DNA of 63,991 bases, the filler included, from Perkinsus olseni (taxonomy: Eukaryota): the NCBI GenBank assembly GCA_013115125.1. It is 5 parts of 5 records of this genome, joined end to end, with 100 filler letters (N's around TTAATTAATTAA, not from the genome) between each part and the next. Parts side by side here need not be neighbours in the genome. Positions count along the whole stretch, not along the records: positions 40,173 to 53,419 come from JABANN010000766.1; positions 53,520 to 63,991 come from JABANN010000872.1; 3 more parts are not named here. One strand, given 5' to 3'. The notes beneath the pieces are model-generated. The model saw only the letters and a program-made list of their open reading frames with translations. It did no database searches and was not told the origin of the DNA. Shown here in pieces: positions 46,702-59,059 of the stretch (its first letter is position 1; each line of letters starts with the position of its first letter). A program made the position numbers and the translations under genes.

Positions 46702-48894
46702 ATGACTCTCGCTGCTCGATCGTTACTCACGCTATCAACAACCGGCCAGTGGCGGCGACGGTCATTGTCGTCTGTGGGCGCTAAATTCTTGGATCCCCTA
46801 AAACGGGTGGAAAGCCTCGTCAGTAGAATGACGGACAAGGAAGGCCACGTGGACGGGGCGCCCGCAGTCACCCGGGAGGATGCGCGGGACTTGCTCGCCT
46901 ACATTCAGCTGATGAGACCGGCTGAGATATCCCTGGTCATTCACTATATGACTAAGGGGAAATACGAGGATCGGAAATTTTGGTATTACGCATACGGGTG
47001 ACACTTGGTTGAACGGGGAGTTCCCTCTCCGCGTTCGCTCCTCATGAAGTGTCTAGAGTTCCAATGAGAGAGTTCGTGACCGGCGTCGCTCGGGCATCCG
47101 CCAGGCCGTGTCATTCCCCTCAGGCGAGACATCTGTCGGGAGCTACGCACCAGCACCGCCATCGCCAGCTTCCGTGTCCGTGATCTTAGTATGATCATCA
47201 GTAGTCTCAATGCAGCAGAGCTCCTCGATGCGGAGGTAAGACCTTCACGCTGGGCCCGCCGGATTTTAGACGCCGCTGCATTGTCTTAGACGCTGACTTG
47301 TTTGAGTGGCAAGATTGAAGAGGCAGCATGCACGTTGAACATGGACTCTCTTATGCCACTCATCGTGACCTATGTTAGGCTCAGCGATACAGGCGTGGGT
47401 GAGCAGCCTCGGATGGGCCTGGGAGAACCAGGGCGTCTCCCCGGTTTATTATTAATGCCTCTTTCAGCATCATCGGAAGGTTGTCTGAAGGCACTTGGGT
47501 CGTCGGACTTCCGCCCTGTTACTTCTATCTGTGCCCAGTACCTACTCCGCCGACTGGATGCCGTATCTGCTGATAACGTTGTGGAGATCTTCTCTGGCCT
47601 CGCTACGTTGAAGTACGAGGGCGACCACTTCTACCAGGTAATCAGCCCGTCCGAAAGATCGGGCCCGCCCCGCCGCCGCAGGCCCTTCTCCGCAAGTCCC
47701 GTACGTGGATTCCAACCATGCCTTATGAGAGTGTAGCGATCCTACTGCAATCGATGGCTAAGGTTAGGATACGGGATAAGGAGCTGGTAACGCGGGTTCA
47801 CCATCGGTCTCGTGGTCAGCCGTCAGTGTCCTGCTGCATCCTCAGGAAGGCAAGGTTGCCCTTAGACTCGCAGCGGACATAGACAAGGCTGCTACGTCGG
47901 AGGCCGAGATCAGCGACATCGCTTTGTGGATGGGCTCTCTCACTCATCACTTCTCCAAGCTTACTGGAGAGCGTAGGACAGGAGGGCTCGGGCGTCACCA
48001 CCTAACTCGAGGAGTTATCGCTTCTCTTAGCTCACCCAACCTTGCAGAAGACCATCGTCAATCACCTCCCGCTGGTCGTCCATGCCATGTCGCCGGAATG
48101 CTTGATGCTGATGATACCCCCGTTGCCGTTGCTGCTCACGGGGACTCCTCCTAGACACTTCAGAGATGCTGTTTTCTCGGAGAAGTGTCGTCAGGAGCTA
48201 TCATCCTTCGTTAAGGAGGGCCTCTGTGCGATCATGTCCTCAGCGTAAGTCCGTCCATTACTCGCTTGTTGCCGCCATGCGGTCCAGATACCGACTCGGG
48301 TTCACTTACGACACCACCTGGTGGGAGGAGGCCTCCGCAGCCGCTATGAAGCCCGTGATGGGCAATGCATGGAGCGCTGTCAGCGTGGCGACAGTTGCCT
48401 ACCAGCTCACTCATCTTGGAGAAGCTGAGCACAACATCCACGCTACACTAGATCAATTGAGGGCCTTTTGCGAAATCCGCTGCAAGTGGTTCGACCGAGT
48501 TGGAGGCTCACTTGAGACGCAGATGAAGCGGTGGTAGGGCCTGCTTCTGTGGGCTGCCTGCTTGCTTCTCTACCGACGAGCTTCCCTCTCTTTCAGGCCT
48601 CCTCGGCCAGTTTCAACCCTTCTCGCGTGCTACATCAAAATAGGGGAATGCCCTCCATCGGTGCTCGTTGGAGCATTGGAGCGTGTTCAGGCTGACATCA
48701 GAAATTACGATGGCATGTCCCTTACTCAAGTCGTTAACGCTATGGCGAAGTTTAACTCCATCAACATACCAATACTCGAGGAGATCGAGCGCAGGTTCAA
48801 ATCAGGGCGGGTGAAGTTTTCTCGTTCCCAGCTGCGGGCAGTCAAAAGAGCGTATGAGAGTATGGGCCGCGATAGGTCATGCATGGCTTCCTAG
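46702..48894 (+). CDS. Helical-repeat organellar RNA-binding protein (HPR/RAP-associated type), multi-exon
   Basis: Arg/Ser-rich mitochondrial-type presequence; repeats such as PAEISLVIHYMTK, ADNVVEIFSGLATL and GMSLTQVVNAMAKF. Confidence 0.55.
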
Positions 48895-49054
48895 TTTCTG
48901 CTAAGAAGAGTTTCTCAAAAGAGGTGGGTTGAGCAGCAGCCGTTATCAGGATATTGTAGCAGACTAGACCCGCATCAGATAGATTTCTCAAGGAGCTCGT
49001 CACGAGTCGGACGCGCAACGCCTATGGTAGAACCTGCCTCAAGTTCTCCGAGTT

Positions 49055-49294
49055 ATGGCGAGGTCCTCCCGGGTGAAAGGTTCATCCGTCAAAGCAACCA
49101 ATCTCAGCGAGCAGTCGCTAAGTGGGCACCGCTACTTGATAGCTGAGTTAATACGCGATCACCTCAGTGAAGATTTTCCCGGATCAACAGCTCAAACTTT
49201 GCTGTCGGAATCCGCGACTCCGCGACAAGGGCTGCCCGCGTCAGATGCGATGCCTAAGCAATTGGAGAAGTGTTCAGGGGGCAGAAGGGGATAG
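49055..49294 (+). CDS. LisH-motif fragment (FOP/FOR20/OFD1-like); possibly degenerate
   Basis: LIAELIRDHLSEDFPGSTAQTLLSES resembles the LisH consensus LIxELIxEYL....TAxxLxxES. Confidence 0.3.
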   Translation: MARSSRVKGSSVKATNLSEQSLSGHRYLIAELIRDHLSEDFPGSTAQTLLSESATPRQGLPASDAMPKQLEKCSGGRRG

Positions 49295-50615
49295 GTATCG
49301 CTCGCCTGACTGTGGCGAGACACGTGGCAACTGCACCCCTCCATCATCTGTCGGCACCAAATCATCGGTAACGAGGCTCTACCTGTTTGCGCGATGGGTC
49401 ATGGCGGTTTCCGCTCCCATCCGGCGGTACATGGGCTAGTTCTCGCACCACCAGTAGCCTATTCAGTGATCTCCACCCTACTAGGGAATGGGAATCGGGC
49501 AGCCCGGCGTCCGTGAAGGGAATTGAGGAGCCTTGCCCAGGGTGTCGGCCGAAGCCTATTCGGACTCGTTCTAGGCAGCTTTCTCCTCACGCGAGAGGCA
49601 AGTGAGTCGTCATCCTTGCCCTCACTAGAAGGCGCCATCCAACGCTCATGAGCCGACCTGTAGCTGGCCTGGGACTTGCCGACTTGGCGATCTCGTCGTG
49701 CGAGCAGCGACGACCAAAGATACTTTCACTCGTAGACCAGTACACCCTACAATATGGTTGCTCTAGTTGAGTCCGTTGGAGGGGCCGAGCTCGGACTTAC
49801 GAGTGAGGCCACTGGTCGAATCACGAAGATAAGGGCTCACAGTGTCGGCTTGTGACGGGCTCCCTAAAGAGTTCCGAGTGCCGATCTATTGACTGCATCC
49901 ATCTCGGAACGTCCGTGGGACGCGGATTCAGTTCCAGGCCGGGCTCTCCGAACCATCGACGCTACCGCAGGTTGGTCGGCATCATACCGGTAGTCGGGCT
50001 ACCATTCCTGTGGTTATGGACGGCACGAGTATGATTATGAACTCATTGTTGTGGGTAGTACTCAACGCGGTAGACGAATACTCGGGGAAGAGCCAACTGA
50101 GACAGCTTTAATATGAGCAATATAATAGCAGATCTCAACACTAGTACAGCAACACTGCACAAACATATCAACGTGCTATAACGGAGCAACATGAATACGA
50201 CAGCACGCCTACCTAATGTCAGTGGAGGCACCCTAATCGACTAGGAACTCACACGAGGAGCCCCGACGGTTGTTCGACTAAGAGGAGAGGTGAAGATTGA
50301 ATCATCGCGCACAGGGACGCAAACCAATTGACTTCGGAGACTTCAATTCTGATCTCCCGAATGGACTGGAAGCTTGGCGGCATATCAACAGTCTGAAAGC
50401 TCGCTAGGTCAACTCCATCAGGAAGTCGATGGAGTGGACGGCGTGGCGAAGTAGCGCTTATGGCTTACGTCATAAAAGGGAGAACAGAAATGAATAGTTA
50501 CCATCTTCATCGGATAATTGATCGGGACTGCTACTGACCATATAGAAATCGTACTACACTTAGGGTAGCTATCAATGAGCTGAGCTTACCATCAGCTAGG
50601 ATCAAGATTTGAGAA

Positions 50616-51440
50616 TCACCAGAAATGCTCGCCGGAGGGCACGGCCTGGAGGGTTATTATCTCATGGGGTTTTATACCCGGGTGTACTCCCGGTTTGCGA
50701 GGTACGAAGTGTATCAAGTTCCGATGGACGTCGAAGACGAAGTCTGCTTGGATTTCGACGAAGTAAGAGGAGAGCTTCATCAAGCTGTTTAGCGTCAAAA
50801 GCTGACAGAAGCTTCCTAGCCCCAGCTCCCAAGTGGCCCAACCCGTGTCATATTCGAAGGTCGATCCTTCACCGTCTGTGAAGGCGGCACGTGCTGCCTT
50901 ATCTGAATCGGCATACAACTGGATAGAGTATTGGCTAGAGTGCGACGCATAGTAATTCCGCGGCTCTTCCACTTTAAGTGCCCGCCTCTCAGTTTTCTCG
51001 TGACACTTCGCACGACCGGGCTTCGGAAGCTCGGTACAGGCTTGAGTAGTGAGGTAGTGAACATAACTTCCATCCTTGGCGGCCATCCGGACAGAGTCGG
51101 TTTGTCCAGGAACCACTGAGAGGTTGAAGGCAACGTTGAGATAAGGATACAAATTGGGGCCCTCGACGTCACCGTGGCGTCGTAGAAGAATCTCGCCGCT
51201 ATCTCTGATGAAGATATCATCGTACTCGAACTTGAACGAGTGCCAGTCCAGATAGTTGTACACCAGTTTGGCCTTGGAGGGAGAGTCGTACTCTAAGTAC
51301 ATACATGCATAATGCTGTTGAGGTAACCCATGCTCCTCGAGTACCTGACCTTCTTGTACGACGCAGTACTTTCCTGCTTCGAGACGAGTATCGCCGCTTG
51401 CGAGAACGGCCAAGGGAGTCACGAATACATTTGTAAGCAT
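50616..51440 (-). CDS. Intronless hypothetical, probably secreted protein (274 aa)
   Basis: Clean ORF with a short hydrophobic N-terminus and two loosely similar beta-rich halves; no family recognised. Confidence 0.6.
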   Translation of the reverse strand: MLTNVFVTPLAVLASGDTRLEAGKYCVVQEGQVLEEHGLPQQHYACMYLEYDSPSKAKLVYNYLDWHSFKFEYDDIFIRDSGEILLRRHGDVEGPNLYPYLNVAFNLSVVPGQTDSVRMAAKDGSYVHYLTTQACTELPKPGRAKCHEKTERRALKVEEPRNYYASHSSQYSIQLYADSDKAARAAFTDGEGSTFEYDTGWATWELGLGSFCQLLTLNSLMKLSSYFVEIQADFVFDVHRNLIHFVPRKPGVHPGIKPHEIITLQAVPSGEHFW

Positions 51441-51913
51441 TGAATCAAGTGAAAGTGAAGGTAACCCTGGGAATAATTTCTAAGCCCAGCCCCTCAGCCT
51501 GAGGGCCTCAGGTTTAACATCCGGGAATAGCGTGGCTCAAGACTCTCGTCGTATACCCCCGACAATCTATGCTCTTGTAATCATACTAATCATTAATGGC
51601 ACACGGAATCGCACGACCAGTAACTCGCGAGTTTTCTGCAGCCAATTGGAGACGCACGTACATAGCTGATGCGCATGAAGGAACAGCGCAGATCTCACAC
51701 AGCGGTACCTTACATTGAATTACCGCCGCTGGGGACCTGCAGACTCCCAGCCGCCAAGTTATGCGCTTTCTCTCTCACTCTTTATCAACCGTTTCACTGC
51801 GGTCTTATATTTCTCCTGCCGTCTATGCTGTCCCTTGTAGGAGCGGTGGTGTCACCTAGGGACACTGGGCACGTGCGTGTTAGGATCGATATATCTGCAC
51901 AGCATAGTGTCAG

Positions 51914-52130
51914 CATAGTGACGAGTATAGTGCACGCTATGTAACAGCTACACCCTGGTTCGGTACTATTCGGCTGTGAGACTACCATCGCTACAATCAC
52001 CTTTGCTGCTACCGCGTATCATTCATTTACCCGCAGTCATTTATCTGACCTCATTATGCGTGCACTAGGGACAACATAGTGACGCCTTTAATGTACGCTA
52101 TGTTACAGCTACGGCCTGGTTCAATACTAT
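51914..52130 (+). repeat. Degenerate 56-bp direct repeat, period 161
   Basis: catagtgacg..acgctatgtaacagctac..cctggttc..tactat at 51914-51969 and 52075-52130. Confidence 0.8.
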
Positions 52131-52694
52131 GTTGTATTTTTCTCACTCATACGTGGAACACGAGGCCAAAGGGAGCTTGTGAGAAGGATCTTATGAAAGA
52201 GCTATTGCCCAGACTGCTCTGCACGCACAAACATAGACGGACTTTCCAGAAAGTCTGACCCATACTGTTGGAAACCGCGTTCCGTGAGGATCATTCAACA
52301 GGTTGATCTGATGTTTCTACGCTTGATAGAGCTTGCACAAAAATGAGGAGTTGTCACGCTTTCACAGTGTGAACTGATGGAACGCGATAAATCAGTGAAG
52401 CCAGAAGACGTACTTGGGCATGGTGGGTGCCTGGTGCTCCATCATTCACCCTAAGCCGGGTGACATCCCAGAGCGTACAAAATGGCCATAGCTCGGCCTG
52501 AGGAAAATGTACGTTTTCAAGAGGCAACTTCGACTGGAGCAAACTTAGGAGAATCCGCATGCTGATGATACTCACAGTACTACCTTGACAGGGTATGTCG
52601 CGAGTGGTCAACTGGACTGACCACTTCTCAGCTCGGTATCGAAGAAAATGCTCAAAAGATATCGGTCAAAGGAACAGACGAGAGTGTTATCATT

Positions 52695-53419
52695 TTGCTG
52701 TCATCAACCGCAGACGTCATGTTTCCGCTCGAGGTGCTGAAGGACAGCTGGTGCGCCCAGCTTAGTGCAGCCCTCGAAGCTGGTATATTCCCCCAAGAGT
52801 GGAAACACTCAAGGGGGATCTTTATACACAAAAGTGGCCGGGACCCAGCTCGCCCCAATGGCTGGCGCCCCATTTGTTTGGTCACTTCTGGTAGCAAGCT
52901 GTTCGAGCGAGTAATCCTCGAGCGGCTTGCCTTGCGCCCGCAGGTCCGTGACCGTCTGGAGTCTCCGGTGGTCCACGGCTTCTGCAAAGGCAAATCGGTT
53001 GACACTGCCGCCCTGCGCATCATCGACGCGTTCAGGGCTGGCAGGAAGAGGAGCGAACGCGCGCCAGTTGCACTCATTCAGCTGGATGTGCAAAACGCGT
53101 TTCCCTCGGTTAAACACAGCCACATTCTGGCTACCTTGGCTCGATACGACGTGCCTCGATACTTAATCGACATCGTCGAGAGCTATCTAAAAGGACAGAG
53201 TGTGGCTGCTACGTATGGTAGCGACGAGGCCACGGTGGGCTTGGAAAGAGGGGCGCCGCAAGGCAGTGCCTTGGGCCCCTTCCTATTTCTGCTAAGCACC
53301 CTACCACTAGTCGACGTGTTCGCGGGTATGGAGGAGAAGGGCGAGAGCCTGACCCTCTATGCGGACGACACGACGGTAGTGGTGTCTGCCGGTACTGGCC
53401 CGTCGCTGGTGAAGAGGTG
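52695..53419 (+). mobile_element. Non-LTR retrotransposon reverse transcriptase; apparently 5'-truncated and cut by the contig end
   Basis: FPQEWKHS, WRPICL, HGFCKGKS, LDVQNAFPSV, GAPQGSALGPFLF, YADD; uninterrupted and intronless. Confidence 0.95.
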
Positions 53420-53519
53420 NNNNNNNNNNNNNNNNNNNNNNNNNNNNNNNNNNNNNNNNNNNNTTAATTAATTAANNNNNNNNNNNNNNNNNNNNNNNNN
53501 NNNNNNNNNNNNNNNNNNN
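53420..53519. other. Assembly linker
   Basis: N-run/TTAATTAATTAA/N-run. Confidence 0.98.
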
Positions 53520-53895
53520 TTGAGTGATACTGAGAACAGTGAGATCACTGCAAGAGAGCAAGAGAGCAAGCGCGATGACTCAGTTCTCACATGCGGAGTA
53601 CCACAGGATACGATGACGCGCAAGCCGCGGATGCGTTTTGAGCGAATAGTGGGGGACGATGGATTTCTGATGCAGAGCATTGAGGTGGGATCGATATGAA
53701 GGTTAGTCTCCCGGGTGATGAAAGTGAGAGAGAGTCGGAGACGGTTTTCGTTCTTCCATGCGGTGGAGAAAACTATTTGGGCCTCCCTGAGATCATTTCA
53801 GTGAAATGCTGTCATCACGAGGGGGAGAGGAACTGTGCCGAACTTTCAAATTCTGCGGTCGATCGAAGGGTATCCGTTGGGTAATTTTGTCCCTG

Positions 53896-56800
53896 ATGGC
53901 CAAACAAACGAGGAACAAGGGTTTAGGAGGTGCGAAGTCGAGGACACAAGGGAAGGCGTTCAATCCCGGCAATGCCAGTACCAATCCGGACAGGTAGTAA
54001 TGGGTAGTAGCTTTGCACACGGGCCAGTGCTTGCGGTCAGGAAAACGGCGTCAAATGCTCCGGGATTCATGCGTTCCAAGAATACCATCAACCGCCTTAA
54101 CATGTATAGTCAGAAGCTGAAGAAGGCCGATTTGAATAAGGTACTGCATGGAGAGGACGATATGCCATCCATCAGCTGCCCTACTTTCAGCGGAAAATCC
54201 AGCCGACTGGCCCAGCCCGGATCGCGCCCGACCGTCGATGGTTCGGCAACACACGCGTCCTGAGTCAGCAGAAGCTGCAGAAGTTCCGCGAAGAGATTGG
54301 GCAGAGCGTCAACGATCCCTTCCAGGTAATCTTTCGGGAGCTCCAGCCGTTTGACGATGCAGTGTATATGTAGTGAAGCCTTCTGTAGTTTCTTTCGATC
54401 GAGCTTGCGACGCAGGGGGCTATATCTTTGAACCCTCCTTTAAATTATGCGCTATCGACCCTAACGGGTCGCGAGCTCATAATTTCAGTGGAATTAGATT
54501 CCCGCCTCGGTTCTATGGAGACTGCGCTCAATTTGAAGTCCGGAAATTGTCTCGTTCTCTATATCGATATGGACACTATTCAACTCTTTCGTCGAAGTGG
54601 ATAATGGTCCGGTTAGGTGGTGCTCAAGTCTTCTAAACTCCCCATGTCCTTGCTGACAGAGGGCCAAAACGAGAGTGATCAGCCACGAGGCAAGGCTGCC
54701 AGGAAGAACCTCCTTGCAGTGGAACCGTAGTTCTGTTCTTGTTGGTCTTAGTGGTGCATCGCGGTTTCCCATAGTTTCGATAAGACGTTCGGATCGGCCA
54801 AAACTCGCAAGCGGCCACGTTTGAGCACTGGGAGCATGGAGGAGATGGCCAACAAGGCTAGCCGTAGGAAGTTGCATGCACATTAGTGGGGTTTGCACGA
54901 CAATGGTTGAACAGGAATGGCGGAGGAGTACGATCCTTCCAAGGATAAGAGTTCTGAAGAGAACCGGGTTCTTAGGGACGAGGAGTAATGCTAGGGAGGA
55001 AGCTGTGGCCAGAAGTGTTTCCTGGAAGGCCTGGATTATTCGTCACCTCTAGGATAAAGGACTCGGGAGCTCTTCTCGCGCGTGCTTGTGCCAATTGTGG
55101 CAGTCAGTAGAGTCCATGTCCATGGCGGGTTCTCTCAGACATACTGTTGTTAACGAAGAGGTCTTCAAGAAGGGCACTTCTCGACGTATTTGGCAGGAGC
55201 TGTACAAGGTTGTTGACTCGAGTGATGTCATTCTCGAGGTTATTGACGCTCGTGATCCGATGGGCACCAGGTAGGTCCGCAACCCTACACCGTGTGTGTT
55301 ACAATTCGCCATCAGGTGCCAGAAGCTGGAGAGGGAGATTAGGAAGACTCGACCTAATAAGCATATCGTGCTGGTAATATTACCCACCATAGTGGAGGAA
55401 TCATGTGACGATCTGACGGATCAGATACTCAATAAATGCGACCTCATCCCCACTTGGGCCACCAAGCGGTGGGTGCAGGTGCTGAGCAAGGAGTTCCCCA
55501 CGCTAGCCTTCCACGCCAGTAACGAAACGGTTATTCGCTCCCGAAGGATTACGAGTGTGTTGCATAGGTGTGACGAATCCCTTCGGCAAGTCTGCCCTTT
55601 TCCAGCTGTTACGACAGTTCGCCCAGCTGTTGAAGGAGAGGAAGTGAGATACGGGTCGCTGACCCTCCGTTAGTGGAATATTCCCATCGCTCTCCCGCGG
55701 CTTGGGTCGACGCGGGTGGGGAAGTGCTTGTCCGCCACGACCCCTTCGTTTGTGTCACTACTTTTTCGTGACGCTCAGGCACGTATCAATCGGAATGATT
55801 GGTTACCCGAATGTTGGGAAGAGTTCTGTTATCAACGCCTTGAAGCGAAAGAAGGTATGCAAGGCTGCCCCAGTACCAGGTGAGTATCTTGGTCACCCCG
55901 TTTGTGAGTCATGCAGTGCGGCGTGTAGTGAAGGGCGATTTACTCGAACAATGTACCTTCGTTGGCTGAGCTGCCCTTGCTCTGAATCGCAGCATCATCT
56001 CCGTGTCTTCGCTCAGGCGAGACGAAGGTGTGGCAGTATGTCGCCCTTACGAAGAGGATCTACCTCATCGATTGCCCCGGTATTGTACCCGCTACGAGTG
56101 ATGATTTCAAGCAGGTAGGGTGATGGACCATCTTGACATTCCACTAGGAATGACTTGCCAGGATTGCGCGAAGATTCTGAAGGGTGTTGTGCGTCCTGAA
56201 CGAGTGGAGAACCCAAGCAACTACATCGACGAGGTACAGCACGGCTGATCATATGGGCGCAAGGGAGCCGGTCATGATGTTTGAGAGGCGTCACTTAGGT
56301 GCTTTCCCGCGCCAAACGAGAGGACCTTATTACGAAGTACAGTCTCCCCAATGACTTCGAGTGGGCTGATGGGGATGACTTTCTCACCAAGGTACGGATA
56401 CATGCGGAAAGTCTCCGTCGGAGACCAGTTCTCTGGCGTAAAGAATCTCTTCGCTGATTCAGATAGCGCAGCAGATGGGAAAACTTCGCAAAGGAGGAGA
56501 AGCCGATATTGAGACCGCGGCGAGGATTGTGCTCTACGACTGGCAGAAGTACTATAGCTCCCTGTTGGATCTTATGGTATCGCTGGGTCGCAGGGGACGC
56601 ATTCCTTACTTTGAGCTACCTCCCAAGGATGGTGAAGATGACCAGGAAGATGATGAGGAGGAGGAGGAGGAAGAAGAAGTGAACGTCACAGAGGGAGATG
56701 ATGGGAAGCAGACGATCACCGTAAGGGGATGGACAATGCAGGAGGATGACATCGACAGGCCGACACGTAGAGTGGTTCATGATGGTGTTCCTAGATCCAC

Positions 56801-57302
56801 CAGGACTTATCTAGTATTGACGAGGCCTTGGAGGGGAGTGTGGGAGAGGAGGCCACGTTAGAAGGGGAAGGAGAGGAAGAGCCTTCAGCTCCTGCAAAAC
56901 GTGAGGGAGGGGAAGTTCAGGAAAACCTGGAAGAGGAAAGTCTGCTCGTCGTTGGTCCACGCTGGCCGAACCCCGCGGGCACTGGGTTTCCATTTTATTT
57001 TTTGCGTCGCGGAACTGGCGCTTGACGGGGTTCCCGAGTAACTGAGTAGATTCGCTTGCTCTGGCCGCGCGCCAAGATTGCGTTCGTCTCATCTCGGAAT
57101 GAGACCTGAAACCAAAATTCCGCCTTGAGGCATACACGAGCGGAACTGAAAGAGCACGACCAAGCCATGGTTGATGATATCACATCCTTAACTTTCACTG
57201 TCGGCAGGTACTACGGCAGCAACGGCAGCCGAGGCGGCGACAGCAGCGGCCGAGGAGGTTGACTGGGATAAGCTCCAGGAGGACTTCGACCAAGAAGAGT
57301 AG
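53896..57302 (+). CDS. NOG2: Nucleolar GTP-binding protein 2 (circularly permuted GTPase), multi-exon
   Basis: [73 protein letters not shown]; stop TAG at 57300-57302. Confidence 0.96.
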
Positions 57303-57870
57303 AGAACTGCTGTCCCTTCATACGTATGATATTACCCAAGTTCCCACTGTTATATACTCCACTTGGGATCTTGAGGGTCCTAGAGATTCCTCAACGTCGA
57401 ATGTTGTTACTGCTATACGCTTGTTTCTTGTAAACTTGCAAGTGATTGTCTTGTCTTTGTACTACATGAGGCCGGGTCGTTGACGGTTTTTTTATTTTGA
57501 AATGAGCGTGCTCCGCTCCCTCGCTATGGTGCCGATCCTCGTTCACATGATGAGGGCTGATCAGGTAGCACGGGAAAAATGGTGTGTCGGACTAATCGGG
57601 GTGGATGGGTCTTCTACTTGAACTCTTATCGACTATAAACTTAAAAGCATCATTTCAATATTGCCCTTCCAGCTGACGACGTGTTCAACTTTGAGGCACC
57701 GGGCCCTCGTTGCGTGTAAAGGAGATGATCGCTATGGATGCTGCATAGCGGGAGCGACTGAATCACCTAGGAAGAAACTCTTTCTATAAAGTCCTTCCGG
57801 CGCGAACGAGGGCATTCGGGGAATCGTGCTACCTCGCATTGTCACATTTCTGACGGGGATTGTGATCTGC

Positions 57871-58692
57871 ATGTTGAAGAGAAGATATCCCCTTCAGGAT
57901 GGCGGTAAGGACCCGTCCGTCTTGGGTGGCGATGTGAAGGAGTTCGAAAAGTCGTCTGTGGATCGTCTGGCGCATATCTTCCATGAGGCTGCTTCTAGTG
58001 TGGTGAGCCGTGGGTGGCGGAGGCACTCACTAAGCTTGACACTGTGCTAGCTGTAGCAGTAGTTATAGTGAGCGTTTCTGAAGCTCCTGCTAATACATTG
58101 ATCACTAGCACCAGCTGAGGCTTCGGCATCGTCGATTTTCATGGAACACGTAATTTTGTTCGGGCCGTAGGATGGGGATTCGTCTCTACGAAACGACGAA
58201 CGATTACGGGTTTTCGAATCTTCACTGTCCTTTATTCTTGGGGTCACTATGGCAGATACAGAATGCATCGATCACATCATCAGCGCCCTTATCCTTTTCT
58301 TCCTTGCCCGGCCCCCCGGAAGAAACCGAACACAATGTGAGAAATTCGTCGAACCTTCACTCTTTGGGTCGATCGCTCAAATTCGTGCTCCGAACTGAGA
58401 GGAATTTTGAAACTATGAGCTGTTGAAGTGGATGCTTGATGGCAGCTTCGCGGCGACAAATCGCGCTCTGCCTCAGATGAAGACTCTGTACACCCTTCTC
58501 CTCCTGTGCATGGCGTTTATAGCGGCAGCAGTGTGTGTACGGATCCGTCGAGCAGAGGCTAAACGTCGTAGTAGCCGTGGTGGTCGAGCAGATGGGGATG
58601 ATATGTCCAAGGCCCTGATGCAGTATCCCACTAATACCACCGATGCTGGGGATGGCGACGGTCGACCCTTGGCGTACTATCGTGTACTATGA
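57871..58692 (+). CDS. Small hypothetical membrane protein, multi-exon; start uncertain
   Basis: Last exon has a transmembrane segment LYTLLLLCMAFIAAAVCV followed by basic residues. Confidence 0.35.
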
Positions 58693-59059
58693 TGCGAATT
58701 GAATGATGGTTCATTCCCGAGGCGGTATTGACTCTCCAGCGGTGATATAACTATTTTTGTCTCAATTATCATGACTAGTTACTAAAGTAGTCCTGAACTC
58801 CTTGTTTTGTTGAGTAATTGCTGGCTTTAGGCCATCGCCTTCCGAATTGTGGGACGATGCGTCAAGACCTGGGACCCTGCCGTTATAGTCGCTTCCTGTG
58901 ACATGTATACTCATCAGCATACATCTTCTGAGCAACGTGAGCTCGAAGCGGAGGAAGGGAAATCGGCCATTTTCAGAAGTGACCAAAAGTCTGCTCAAGT
59001 GAGGCAGCGGCACTGTTTTACACTGATCGATTGGGCTAATAACGCAGGGGCATCCGGCC

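Noticed and set aside
13303-53519. Repeated TTAATTAATTAA motif and any gene clustering across it
   Set aside because: Artificial linkers between size-sorted contigs. ORFs running into the N-runs (13355-13540, 53468-53680) are artefacts.
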